From Alphaproteobacteria bacterium (GTDB lineage: Bacteria > Pseudomonadota > Alphaproteobacteria > JAAXGF01), in contig JAYGED010000198.1 of NCBI GenBank assembly GCA_046582565.1, forward strand, positions 1 through 54,791: DNA of 54,791 nt, given 5' to 3'. Position numbers and translations under genes: made by a program. Each line of letters starts with the position of its first letter. Position 1 is the first letter of the stretch. Below the pieces are notes generated by a model, which was not told where the DNA came from, ran no database searches, and saw nothing but the letters and a program-made list of their open reading frames with translations. Positions 36,238 to 44,067 of the stretch are shown here, piece after piece.

Positions 36238-37827
36238 TCAACCGCCCCGTTGGCCGAACAACATGGTGACATTCATGCGCCGATTTGCAAAGCCGTCCTT
36301 AAACTTCACCGGATGCGATTTGTGGTACAGATTCGAGTGAAACAGCACGGCGCGATTATCGCCGTACGGAATGGTCACGGTTTTGGCGTCGCTGAGAAAC
36401 TCAGCAACCTCCCGTTGGATCTCCGGGCTGTATTTTTGATTGTTGTAGCGCTCCCAATCCAAATCCATGGGTTGTTCCTTGACATAGACCACCAGGCCGC
36501 CGGCATCCGCGCTCAGGTTGGCGTCGTCGGGGGTTATCCAGAAATTGAAGGTCACCGCCCCGTCGTCCGTATGCTCGGCTACACCCTCGGAATGGTTGTT
36601 GTAGCGGTAGACCCACATGTTACGCAAGGCGTGGCCGCCGAGCACCCGGGGCAGGGATTGCTGGAGTTCCTCGGCCATCTGATAGAGCAGATCGCAGTTG
36701 AAGCCCAGCTTGTTGCTGGAGCTTACATAGCGATCACCGGTGAAATTGAAGAAGATCGTCGATTCCAGACAAAATTCGCGCAAAGAGCGCAGGGCTTCCG
36801 GGGTGAGAAAATCGTCGAAGGCGGTCACCGACACCGCAGACGACAGATACTCGTCCTCGATGGCGGGGAAGTCGAGTCCCTGGTTGATCGCCCGGCCCGC
36901 CAGGCGCGGCGCTTCGGAGTAATGCACGACTCGGTCGTAGAAAGCGCCGATGCGCTGCGCCTGACCGGGGGTCAGCAGCACGGCGGTCTCGGGCGTCGGG
37001 TTTTCGTACAGCTCGATCAGGACCGACTGGTACCGCTCCGTCATGGCCTCGAAGGACGGGTCGATACGGCCTTTATCGATGAGATACTGGAGCTGATCGA
37101 TGCAGTCGCCGAGCTTGAAGATCGAGGCCCTGAGCGGTTCGCCGGCTGGCGCGGCTGAGACGCCCTCGGCGGCGTCGAACGACTCGGCGTTCCACCAGGG
37201 TCCGCCGTGTCGCAGGCGCAAATGCCCCTCGAAGACAGCCTGAGCCTCCTCATATCGGCCGAGGTAACGCAATAGACTGCCCAGATTATTCATTGCCTCG
37301 CCATAGTCGGGGCGAAGCTCAAGGGCCTTCTCGAAGGCCGTGACCGCCTCATCCAGACGGCCCAGCGGCCGCAGCACATTGCCCAGGTTGTAATGCACCT
37401 CGGCGTAATCGGGCTTGAGGTCGAGCGCGCGGCCATAGCTCGCCGCGGCTTCATCCAGCCTGCCCAGGCTTTGGAATACGGCGCCGAGGTTGCTGTGGGC
37501 GTCGACATAGTCGGGGGCGATGACGAGGGCCTTGGAAATGTATTTCACGGCAAGATCGTTATTGCCCGTTTGATGAGCGACCAGACCGAGCAGCTGCAAG
37601 GCGATGGGCTGGTTGGGCTGGGATTGCAATATTTGCTTGTAGAGGCCCTCCGCCTCGGACAAACGGCCCGCCGCATGGAGCCGCAGCGCCTGGTCCATGG
37701 CTTGCTGGATATGCGGCGGAGGCTGCCCTGAAGAGGATTGTTCAGGCTTCTTATTCCTGGCTGCCTTCTCGGATAATTTCCGCTCACGCCGCTTTTCGGC
37801 CCGGTTCATAACTGCACTCAACCCCAC
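36238..37827 (-). CDS. TPR-repeat protein fused to a 2OG-Fe(II) oxygenase-like (P4H-type) C-terminal domain
   Basis: N-terminal half carries tandem TPRs (..AEGLYKQILQSQPNQPIALQLLGL.., ..AAASYGRALDLKPDYAEVHYNLGNVL..). C-terminus has HxD (AEHTDDG), GGLVVY, LFHSNLYHKSHPV and RRMNVTMLF. Confidence 0.65.
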   Translation of the reverse strand: MGLSAVMNRAEKRRERKLSEKAARNKKPEQSSSGQPPPHIQQAMDQALRLHAAGRLSEAEGLYKQILQSQPNQPIALQLLGLVAHQTGNNDLAVKYISKALVIAPDYVDAHSNLGAVFQSLGRLDEAAASYGRALDLKPDYAEVHYNLGNVLRPLGRLDEAVTAFEKALELRPDYGEAMNNLGSLLRYLGRYEEAQAVFEGHLRLRHGGPWWNAESFDAAEGVSAAPAGEPLRASIFKLGDCIDQLQYLIDKGRIDPSFEAMTERYQSVLIELYENPTPETAVLLTPGQAQRIGAFYDRVVHYSEAPRLAGRAINQGLDFPAIEDEYLSSAVSVTAFDDFLTPEALRSLREFCLESTIFFNFTGDRYVSSSNKLGFNCDLLYQMAEELQQSLPRVLGGHALRNMWVYRYNNHSEGVAEHTDDGAVTFNFWITPDDANLSADAGGLVVYVKEQPMDLDWERYNNQKYSPEIQREVAEFLSDAKTVTIPYGDNRAVLFHSNLYHKSHPVKFKDGFANRRMNVTMLFGQRGG

Positions 37828-37891
37828 CCATTAAACATATTCGGTGCGGCCGCATAATAGCCTTAGCTTGGTTGGCGCGGGGGCAAAAAAA

Positions 37892-37913
37892 GGGCGGGAA
37901 ATAAATCCCGCCC
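37892..37913 (-). terminator. Rho-independent terminator after porin 2
   Basis: On the minus strand, GGGCGGGA-tttatt-TCCCGCCC is followed by TTTTTTT. Confidence 0.75.
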
Positions 37914-37952
37914 CAATCAGTTCAGGAACCTTACTATTCGTGCATAACGACC

Positions 37953-39080
37953 TTAGAAGCCGGCATGGATACCGAGGAGAACGGCTCTCGCATCGGTGTC
38001 GCCGGCGCCGCCGGCAAGATCGTCTTCGCGGTCGCCGGCAAAGAATGTCAGGCTGGTCTTAAGCCCTGGCCCTAACGTGTAGGCCGCGGCGGCGGCGAAG
38101 TACTGGTTCTCTTCATCGCCTGTGTTGGCCTTCGGGCCTTCTTCCCGGCCGTTGAAGTAGGTCAGGCTGAAACCCCAGGGTCCGGTCGAGTAGCTGGCGC
38201 CGATGTTGTACGATGCCCCTTCGCTGGACTCTGTGAAGGCGCCGTTCGCATGGCCCTCGGTGACATTGGCGAAGGAAGCGGCGACACTGATGCCGCCGAA
38301 GCCGAAGCCGACTCCGCCGTTGAACGCCAAGTAATCGTCAAACCCATCCCTCTCGGCCGCGGTCGGTGCCTCCGCACCGGCCACACCGGCCGTGACTTCG
38401 ACGCTGACGTCATTCCAGCCACCTGAATAGCTGAGACCGAGATCCCAGGCGTTGGTGTAGGAAAGGGCCTCGGCCACCAGACCGGTGTTCTCGCCACCGG
38501 TGGAGATCGCCAACGGTGACCAGCTCGCGGTCAACTGGAAGCCGTTGAAGCGCGGCGTGAAGTAGGTCAGCTTCTGATCGTCGTTGGACGCATCGATGAC
38601 CGTTGAGTTGGCCGGGCTACGGAAGGAGTCGCCAACACCGCCGGGGGCGTTGGTCATCCAGTTACTGGTCCAGCCGGAGTTGATCGGCACGCCGACATTC
38701 GGCGCGTCGGTGTTCCAGCCGTAGCTGTAACGGCCGGAGTTGATGGCGCCGATGCGCAGCTCACCGAAACCACCGGCGAGACTGAGATAGACCTGATCGA
38801 GCTGATCGCCCTGGTTCTGGCCTTCAAGCTCAAAGCGGCCGCCAATCTTGAGGCCGTTGTCGAGTTCGCCCTTCATTTTGAAGTAAACTTCGGAGTTCTG
38901 ATAAACGACAGCCTCATCAGTGCCGGCCGCAGCCGCGCCCTCATTATCGGTGAAACCGAAGAACTGTGTGTAGAATCCGCCAATATCCAAATGTATCGCC
39001 GAACCACCGGACGCGGCTGCGGGACCGGCGGCAAGCCCTACAGCCGCTAGGGCCGTGGTGCCGAGAAGATATTTTTTCAT
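37953..39080 (-). CDS. Outer-membrane porin, paralogue 2
   Basis: MKKYLLGTTALAAVGLAAGPAAA signal peptide and C-terminal ..GIHAGF. Long identical blocks shared with paralogue 1 (FKMxGELDNGLKIGGR, GAINSGRYSYGWNTDAPNVG). Confidence 0.85.
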   Translation of the reverse strand: MKKYLLGTTALAAVGLAAGPAAASGGSAIHLDIGGFYTQFFGFTDNEGAAAAGTDEAVVYQNSEVYFKMKGELDNGLKIGGRFELEGQNQGDQLDQVYLSLAGGFGELRIGAINSGRYSYGWNTDAPNVGVPINSGWTSNWMTNAPGGVGDSFRSPANSTVIDASNDDQKLTYFTPRFNGFQLTASWSPLAISTGGENTGLVAEALSYTNAWDLGLSYSGGWNDVSVEVTAGVAGAEAPTAAERDGFDDYLAFNGGVGFGFGGISVAASFANVTEGHANGAFTESSEGASYNIGASYSTGPWGFSLTYFNGREEGPKANTGDEENQYFAAAAAYTLGPGLKTSLTFFAGDREDDLAGGAGDTDARAVLLGIHAGF

Positions 39081-39136
39081 GCGATCACCCAATCTCATTA
39101 AGGGGCTGTCCTAGATCTCTATCTCTTGTTAGCCAG

Positions 39137-39274
39137 TTAGACCCATCGTTTCAGTTGTCTCAAGAGCTGCTTTGGCGAGCCTTCGTGGAAGCGCCATTCA
39201 CACTCTTTGAGGAACAACTGGAAGTGGTGCTTGGGAACGCCGTTGAACTTTCGCAAATGCCGTTTCGCCCAGCT
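39137..39274 (-). mobile_element. IS1595-family (ISXO2-like) transposase C-terminal remnant
   Basis: SWAKRHLRKFNGVPKHHFQLFLKECEWRFHEGSPKQLLRQL matches the conserved C-terminus (FWSxAKRRLxKFxGxxxxxFxLxLKECEFRFN). No N-terminal part and no inverted repeats are visible. Confidence 0.65.
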
Positions 39275-39465
39275 GCATGATAGCCTTTGCTTGGTTGGCG
39301 CGGGGGCAAAAAAGGGGCGGGAAATAAATCCCGCCCCAACCAGTTTAGGAACCGTACTGTTAGTGTAAAACCACCTTAGAAACCGGCGTGGATACCGAGG
39401 AGAACGGCTCTCGCGTCGATGTCGCCGGCGCCGCCGGCAAGATCGTCTTCGCGGCCGCTGGCAAA
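39275..39465. repeat. 191-bp duplicate of 37852-38042 (porin 3' end plus terminator)
   Basis: My by-eye alignment shows high identity across the terminator hairpin (39314-39336) and the last 29 porin codons. Confidence 0.85.
39376..39465 (-). pseudogene. Porin C-terminal fragment (29 codons plus stop)
   Basis: Minus-strand translation FASGREDDLAGGAGDIDARAVLLGIHAGF*, compared with the porin 2 end FAGDREDDLAGGAGDTDARAVLLGIHAGF*. Confidence 0.8.
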
Positions 39466-39528
39466 TTGCCATTCCCGCGGCGGCTGAATCGAAGTAGGAT
39501 TTCTCTACACTGGGAGCTTATCTGGGAC

Positions 39529-41412
39529 ATGTCGGATCGAGTGACCGCCGACCTTAGGGCGGCGATGGCGGAGGGCCACGCGCATCATATAGCCGGCCGG
39601 TTTCAAGAGGCCGAAGCGATTTACCGTAAGGTGCTCGCGGTCGAGCCTAACCACCCGGATGCCCTGCATCTGCTCGGTATGATCGCCATGCCGTCGGGAA
39701 ATTATGCGCTCGTGGCGGAGCTTATCGGCAAGGCCATCGTCGCGAATCCGCGCGTCCCGGCCTATCATAATAACCTGGGCGTTGCCCTCAAGGAACTGGG
39801 CAGGCTGAAGGAGGCGGTGGCGGCCTATCGTCAGGCGCTTTCGTTGAACCCGGACTATGCCGAGGCCTACAACAACCTCGGTAATGCGCTCAGCGGCCTG
39901 GGCCGGAGGGAAGACGCGGTGGAGGCCTACAACAAAACCCTGGCGTTGCGGCCCGACTATGCCGAAGCGCATAACAACCTGGGAAACGCCCTCAAGGAAC
40001 TGGGACTCACGGAAGAAGCCGCCGCCAGCTATGGCAGGGCCCTGGTCATTGCACCCAACTATGTGGCGGCGTACAGCAATTTGGGTGTCGCCCTTAAGGA
40101 ACAGGGCAAGCTGGAGGAGGCGGTAGCGGCCTATCGCCAAGCCCTGGCTATCGCGCCCGATTATGCCGAGGCGCTGTATAACCTTTGTGAGCTGTTTGAG
40201 AAAACCAACCGCACCGAAGATCTCCGCGAGGCGGTCAACAGCGCCCGGCAACACTGCCCCGGGGATCCACGCTTCGCGCTCAGAGAAGCGCAGCTCCTGG
40301 CGCGGGATAGCGATTACGCGGCGGCACGGGCAGTGCTTGAGGCTGCCGGAGACGATCTCGCCGACGACGGCTATCTTGCCGCCCGGACGACTCTGCTCGG
40401 GGAGCTGTGCGACAGGCTGGGTGATGCCCAGGCGGCATTCGACTACTTCACCCAGGGCAACCGCCGGGCCGCACTCACCGCCGAGGCAAAACGCAGCGAC
40501 GGGCGGGCTTACCAGGCGCGAATCGATGCCTTGGCAACGCATTTCACGGCGGACTGGGTCGCCGGGTGGTCAAAGGCTGCCGGGTGGTCAAAAACTGATA
40601 GCGAAGACGACCGGGCCGATCCGGTGTTTCTGGTGGGCTTCCCGCGCTCCGGCACCACCTTGCTGGACACTATACTGAGCAGCCACCGCGCGATTACCGT
40701 GGTCGAGGAAATACCCGCCGTGCGAAATTTGCGCGTTGCCGTCGAGCAGCTTCCCGGAGGCTATCCGGACGCCTTGTCGGCGCTCGGCGCGGCCGAACTG
40801 GCGGCCCTGCGCAAGGTCTATTTCGCAGCGTTGGACAAGCATCTCGAACCGCAGGACCCATCCACCATCATCGTCGACAAACTGCCGCTGAACAGCATTG
40901 AAGCGGGCCTGATTCAGCGCATTTTCCCCAGCGCCCGCTTTCTGTTCGCCCAGCGCCATCCCTGTGACTGCGTGCTGAGCTGCTTCATGCAGAGCTTTGA
41001 GATCAATGACGCCATGGTCAATTTCCTCGACCTCGAGGACGCGGCGCGCCTGTATGACAAGGTCATGGCCCTGTGGCTGCAGTATCAGGCGGTTCTGCCC
41101 CTGGCGGTCCATACTCTGCGCTACGAAAGCCTCATCGAAGGGCTCGAGGAAACCCTCACGCCGCTGCTTGACTTCCTCGGCCTGGACTGGGACGACGGCA
41201 TCAAGAGCTACGCCGAGACCGCACAAGCCCGAAACATTATCAACACGCCGAGCTACAATCAGGTGACGCAGCCTCTCTACACCCGGTCTCGGGGCCGCTG
41301 GGAACGCTACCGCGAGCCGATGCAGCCGGCTCTGCCGCTTCTGCTGCCCTGGGCCCGGCGTTTCGGTTATGATGACCCGCAGCAATCATCGTCCTTTGGC
41401 ATAAGCCTATGA
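39529..41412 (+). CDS. TPR-repeat / sulfotransferase (Sulfotransfer_3-like) fusion protein
   Basis: About 7 TPRs (AYNNLGNAL.., AHNNLGNALKELG..), then VFLVGFPRSGTTLLDTIL (5'-PSB) and QRHPCDCVLSCF (3'-PB). The track ORF from 39388 reads through the porin fragment. Confidence 0.8.
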   Translation: MSDRVTADLRAAMAEGHAHHIAGRFQEAEAIYRKVLAVEPNHPDALHLLGMIAMPSGNYALVAELIGKAIVANPRVPAYHNNLGVALKELGRLKEAVAAYRQALSLNPDYAEAYNNLGNALSGLGRREDAVEAYNKTLALRPDYAEAHNNLGNALKELGLTEEAAASYGRALVIAPNYVAAYSNLGVALKEQGKLEEAVAAYRQALAIAPDYAEALYNLCELFEKTNRTEDLREAVNSARQHCPGDPRFALREAQLLARDSDYAAARAVLEAAGDDLADDGYLAARTTLLGELCDRLGDAQAAFDYFTQGNRRAALTAEAKRSDGRAYQARIDALATHFTADWVAGWSKAAGWSKTDSEDDRADPVFLVGFPRSGTTLLDTILSSHRAITVVEEIPAVRNLRVAVEQLPGGYPDALSALGAAELAALRKVYFAALDKHLEPQDPSTIIVDKLPLNSIEAGLIQRIFPSARFLFAQRHPCDCVLSCFMQSFEINDAMVNFLDLEDAARLYDKVMALWLQYQAVLPLAVHTLRYESLIEGLEETLTPLLDFLGLDWDDGIKSYAETAQARNIINTPSYNQVTQPLYTRSRGRWERYREPMQPALPLLLPWARRFGYDDPQQSSSFGISL

Positions 41413-41431
41413 CCTTTAAGAAAGAAACACC

Positions 41432-42547
41432 GTGGCATCGCCCGCCGCGTTGAACTTCAACCAGGCGATGGACGAAGCGCGCCGCCGGCAATTGGCCGGC
41501 GATCTCGCGGGCGCCGGGACGCTCTATCGACAACTGCTGAGCGCCGAGCCTAACCAGCCCGACGCCCTCACCCTGCTGGCCTCGATCGCCTATCAATCCG
41601 ATGAAGCGGGGCAAGCGGACCAAATGGTCGAGCAGGCGATCGCCGAATACCGCCGCCGGCTGTCGATAACCCCCAACCACGACACCATGCGCGCCGCCCT
41701 GGCCAATCTTCTTCTGGCGCGGGACCGTAGCGCCGTGGCCGAAGCGGTGATCGGCAAGGCAGCCCTTGGGTTACGCCCGATTCGCAGCTCCGCGGACGAG
41801 TTCGAAGCGCGCCGCCGCCACGGCCAGGACAAGGCTCTGCCGCCGATCCTGATCAACGCCCTGCCCAAATCGGCAAGCGAAAGTATCTGGAACAAGCTGG
41901 CCAATGGCCTGAATATAGCCCAAGCTCATGTTTCGATTGGACTGTTCCCCGATTGCATGGCCGTCCCCGCGCGGCTGCGGGCGCTTGGCCAGGGCGGCGT
42001 CAGCGCCAAGGAACATATGCCGGCAACCAGCCATAACCTGAACAGCCTCGCCGAGTCGGGGGTCGAGCGGGTGGTGGTCCATATACGCGACCCACGCCAG
42101 TCTCTGCTGTCCTGGGCGCATTTCCTGGAGAGCGACGTGAGCAAGCGCCTGCTGGCGCCGATCTGGCGCAAAACCACGCCGAGCGCCGGGTTTTTCCGCG
42201 AACCCTTCCCTACTCAGATCGATTGGCATATCGATAATTATCTGCCCATCGTCATCCGGTTCATCGAACAATGGGTGGCGGTTCGCGATGATGAGTCTGC
42301 AAGAGTTTCAGTGTGTTTCATGACGTTCGAAGAATTCCGAACCGATCCGTCCGCTTACTTTGAGCGGTTTTTAGAGTTTTACACCATCGACCGCGGGCTG
42401 TTCGCCCCGGAGGCCGAGGCCGAGGTGGTGCATCTCCGCAAGGGCGCCCTCGACGAGTGGCGCGAGTCCTTTACGGCGGCGCAATCCGAACGCGCTTGGA
42501 GCCTGATTCCCGCTGCCCTGGCTGATGAATTCGGATGGCAATCCTAG
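41432..42547 (+). CDS. TPR / divergent sulfotransferase-like fusion protein; start GTG 41432 or ATG 41468
   Basis: N-terminal TPRs (AGTLYRQLLSAEPNQPDALTLLASIAY), then INALPKSASESIW and HIRDPRQSLLSW, which resemble the PSB/PB motifs. Confidence 0.6.
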   Translation: MASPAALNFNQAMDEARRRQLAGDLAGAGTLYRQLLSAEPNQPDALTLLASIAYQSDEAGQADQMVEQAIAEYRRRLSITPNHDTMRAALANLLLARDRSAVAEAVIGKAALGLRPIRSSADEFEARRRHGQDKALPPILINALPKSASESIWNKLANGLNIAQAHVSIGLFPDCMAVPARLRALGQGGVSAKEHMPATSHNLNSLAESGVERVVVHIRDPRQSLLSWAHFLESDVSKRLLAPIWRKTTPSAGFFREPFPTQIDWHIDNYLPIVIRFIEQWVAVRDDESARVSVCFMTFEEFRTDPSAYFERFLEFYTIDRGLFAPEAEAEVVHLRKGALDEWRESFTAAQSERAWSLIPAALADEFGWQS

Positions 42548-42650
42548 AGCTGGCCGTCTGGACGAAATAGGCCGAATATTCTATACTGACCGCCTTCTCT
42601 TTCAGATCATACCAGTCCCGGTTGTGGCAGACCGGGAAAGGGGGGACGCG

Positions 42651-43232
42651 ATGCAAGGATTTTCTCGGATATTTTCCAGGCGCCGGACCGGCAGATTGAC
42701 GGTTAACCGGGCGGTGGTGGTGGCTGGCGCGGCTGTGATGCTGCTTGCTTCCTGCGCCCCCATTGAGGGCCTCGAATACGATAGCCCGATGACCAAAAGC
42801 GAGTATCGTCGGAGTAAAACGGTCGGCGCGGAGGGCGGAATTTTCTCCGGCTCGGGTCTGTCTTTCTTCGATGACGGTGAACAGAACAAAAACGCGTCGG
42901 GCTCGCCGATCCCGGTCAATAGTTTCCTGTGGCGGGCCACCCTGGACACCCTGTCCTTCATGCCGCTGGCATCAGCGGACCCGTTCGGCGGCGTCATCAT
43001 CACTGATTGGTTCGCGCCGCCTGAGACGATCGACGAGCGCTTTAAGATGACGGTCTATATTTTGAGCCGCAGCCTGCGTTCTGATGGGTTGAAAGTGGCG
43101 GTTTTCCGCCAGACCCGCGATGAATTCGGAAACTGGGTCGACGGCGAGGTGACCGAGGGAACGGCGCGCCAGCTTGAAGACGGTATCCTGTCACGCGCCC
43201 GCGAACTTCGCGTCGCCGGCCTGGCGGAATAA
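42651..43232 (+). CDS. DUF3576-family lipoprotein
   Basis: Lipobox LLASC. FLWRATLDTLSFMPLASADPFGGVIITDW. Confidence 0.65.
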   Translation: MQGFSRIFSRRRTGRLTVNRAVVVAGAAVMLLASCAPIEGLEYDSPMTKSEYRRSKTVGAEGGIFSGSGLSFFDDGEQNKNASGSPIPVNSFLWRATLDTLSFMPLASADPFGGVIITDWFAPPETIDERFKMTVYILSRSLRSDGLKVAVFRQTRDEFGNWVDGEVTEGTARQLEDGILSRARELRVAGLAE

Positions 43233-43386
43233 CGCCGCATCCGCCTTCCCGCGGCCGGCGAAACGCTCAAACCGATCAAACCCAAACGCCGTGACGGCGT
43301 ATCGGTGTGAGGCCCATCACTTGCCGCAATCCCGGGGAATGCTATCTTTATGAATGGAGGGGCAACCAGGTTAAGGAGACGACGGC

Positions 43387-43938
43387 ATGAAACTTTTTGA
43401 CATGGCGCGGCTTGCGGCGCTCTCTCTCGTGGTTAGCGGCTGTGTTGGCGTGACCACCACCAAGGTCTCTTACGATAAAGTCGGCGTGCCCAACATCTTC
43501 CAATATGCCGCCTTGGACCGCGATTTCCTCACCGTAATCCACGGCAACCCGAGCAGCGGCTCCAAAGCGGCGTTCGATGCATCGGTTATCGCCGCCACCC
43601 ACGGCAACGCCCGGGGACGGCCGTCCAACTTCACCACCACACCATCCTCAAACGCCCGCGAAGGCTATCGCATGGTCCTGGTGTTCAGCGGCGATCCCTA
43701 TATGAGCGGCGAGGCGGCCTGCCGGGACGTCGATGCCGACGCCCTGCCGCCCGTCACCGGCCGGGTTGAGATGCAAGCGGCGTTCTGTTACCGCGACGAT
43801 GTGCTGTCCCAGGCTCATATCGCCTATCCGCAAGGCTCGGCGCCTGACAGTGCGGTGACCCAGGCTGTTCTGGCTCTCTTCCCGATTCACGACCCGGCGA
43901 TCGACCCCAGCAGCAACAACGACAACCTGTTTCCGTAA
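43387..43938 (+). CDS. Hypothetical lipoprotein
   Basis: Signal peptide plus lipobox LVVSGC. AGGAG lies upstream of the ATG. Confidence 0.6.
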   Translation: MKLFDMARLAALSLVVSGCVGVTTTKVSYDKVGVPNIFQYAALDRDFLTVIHGNPSSGSKAAFDASVIAATHGNARGRPSNFTTTPSSNAREGYRMVLVFSGDPYMSGEAACRDVDADALPPVTGRVEMQAAFCYRDDVLSQAHIAYPQGSAPDSAVTQAVLALFPIHDPAIDPSSNNDNLFP

Positions 43939-44067
43939 ATCTAACGCGCCGACTCGTCCAAATTGCCGCACCGTTAGCGCCTGGCGCCTATGGCAAGGTG
44001 TTACGGAGCATGCTAGCTTTGCGCCCGCGAATCCATGTGATTGAGGCGGGGTCGATAAAGTTTAAGC

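Noticed and set aside
39388-39528. 47-codon N-terminal extension of the TPR-sulfotransferase in the ORF track
   Set aside because: The extension is the antisense reading of the duplicated porin 3' fragment. The TPR protein most plausibly starts at ATG 39529.
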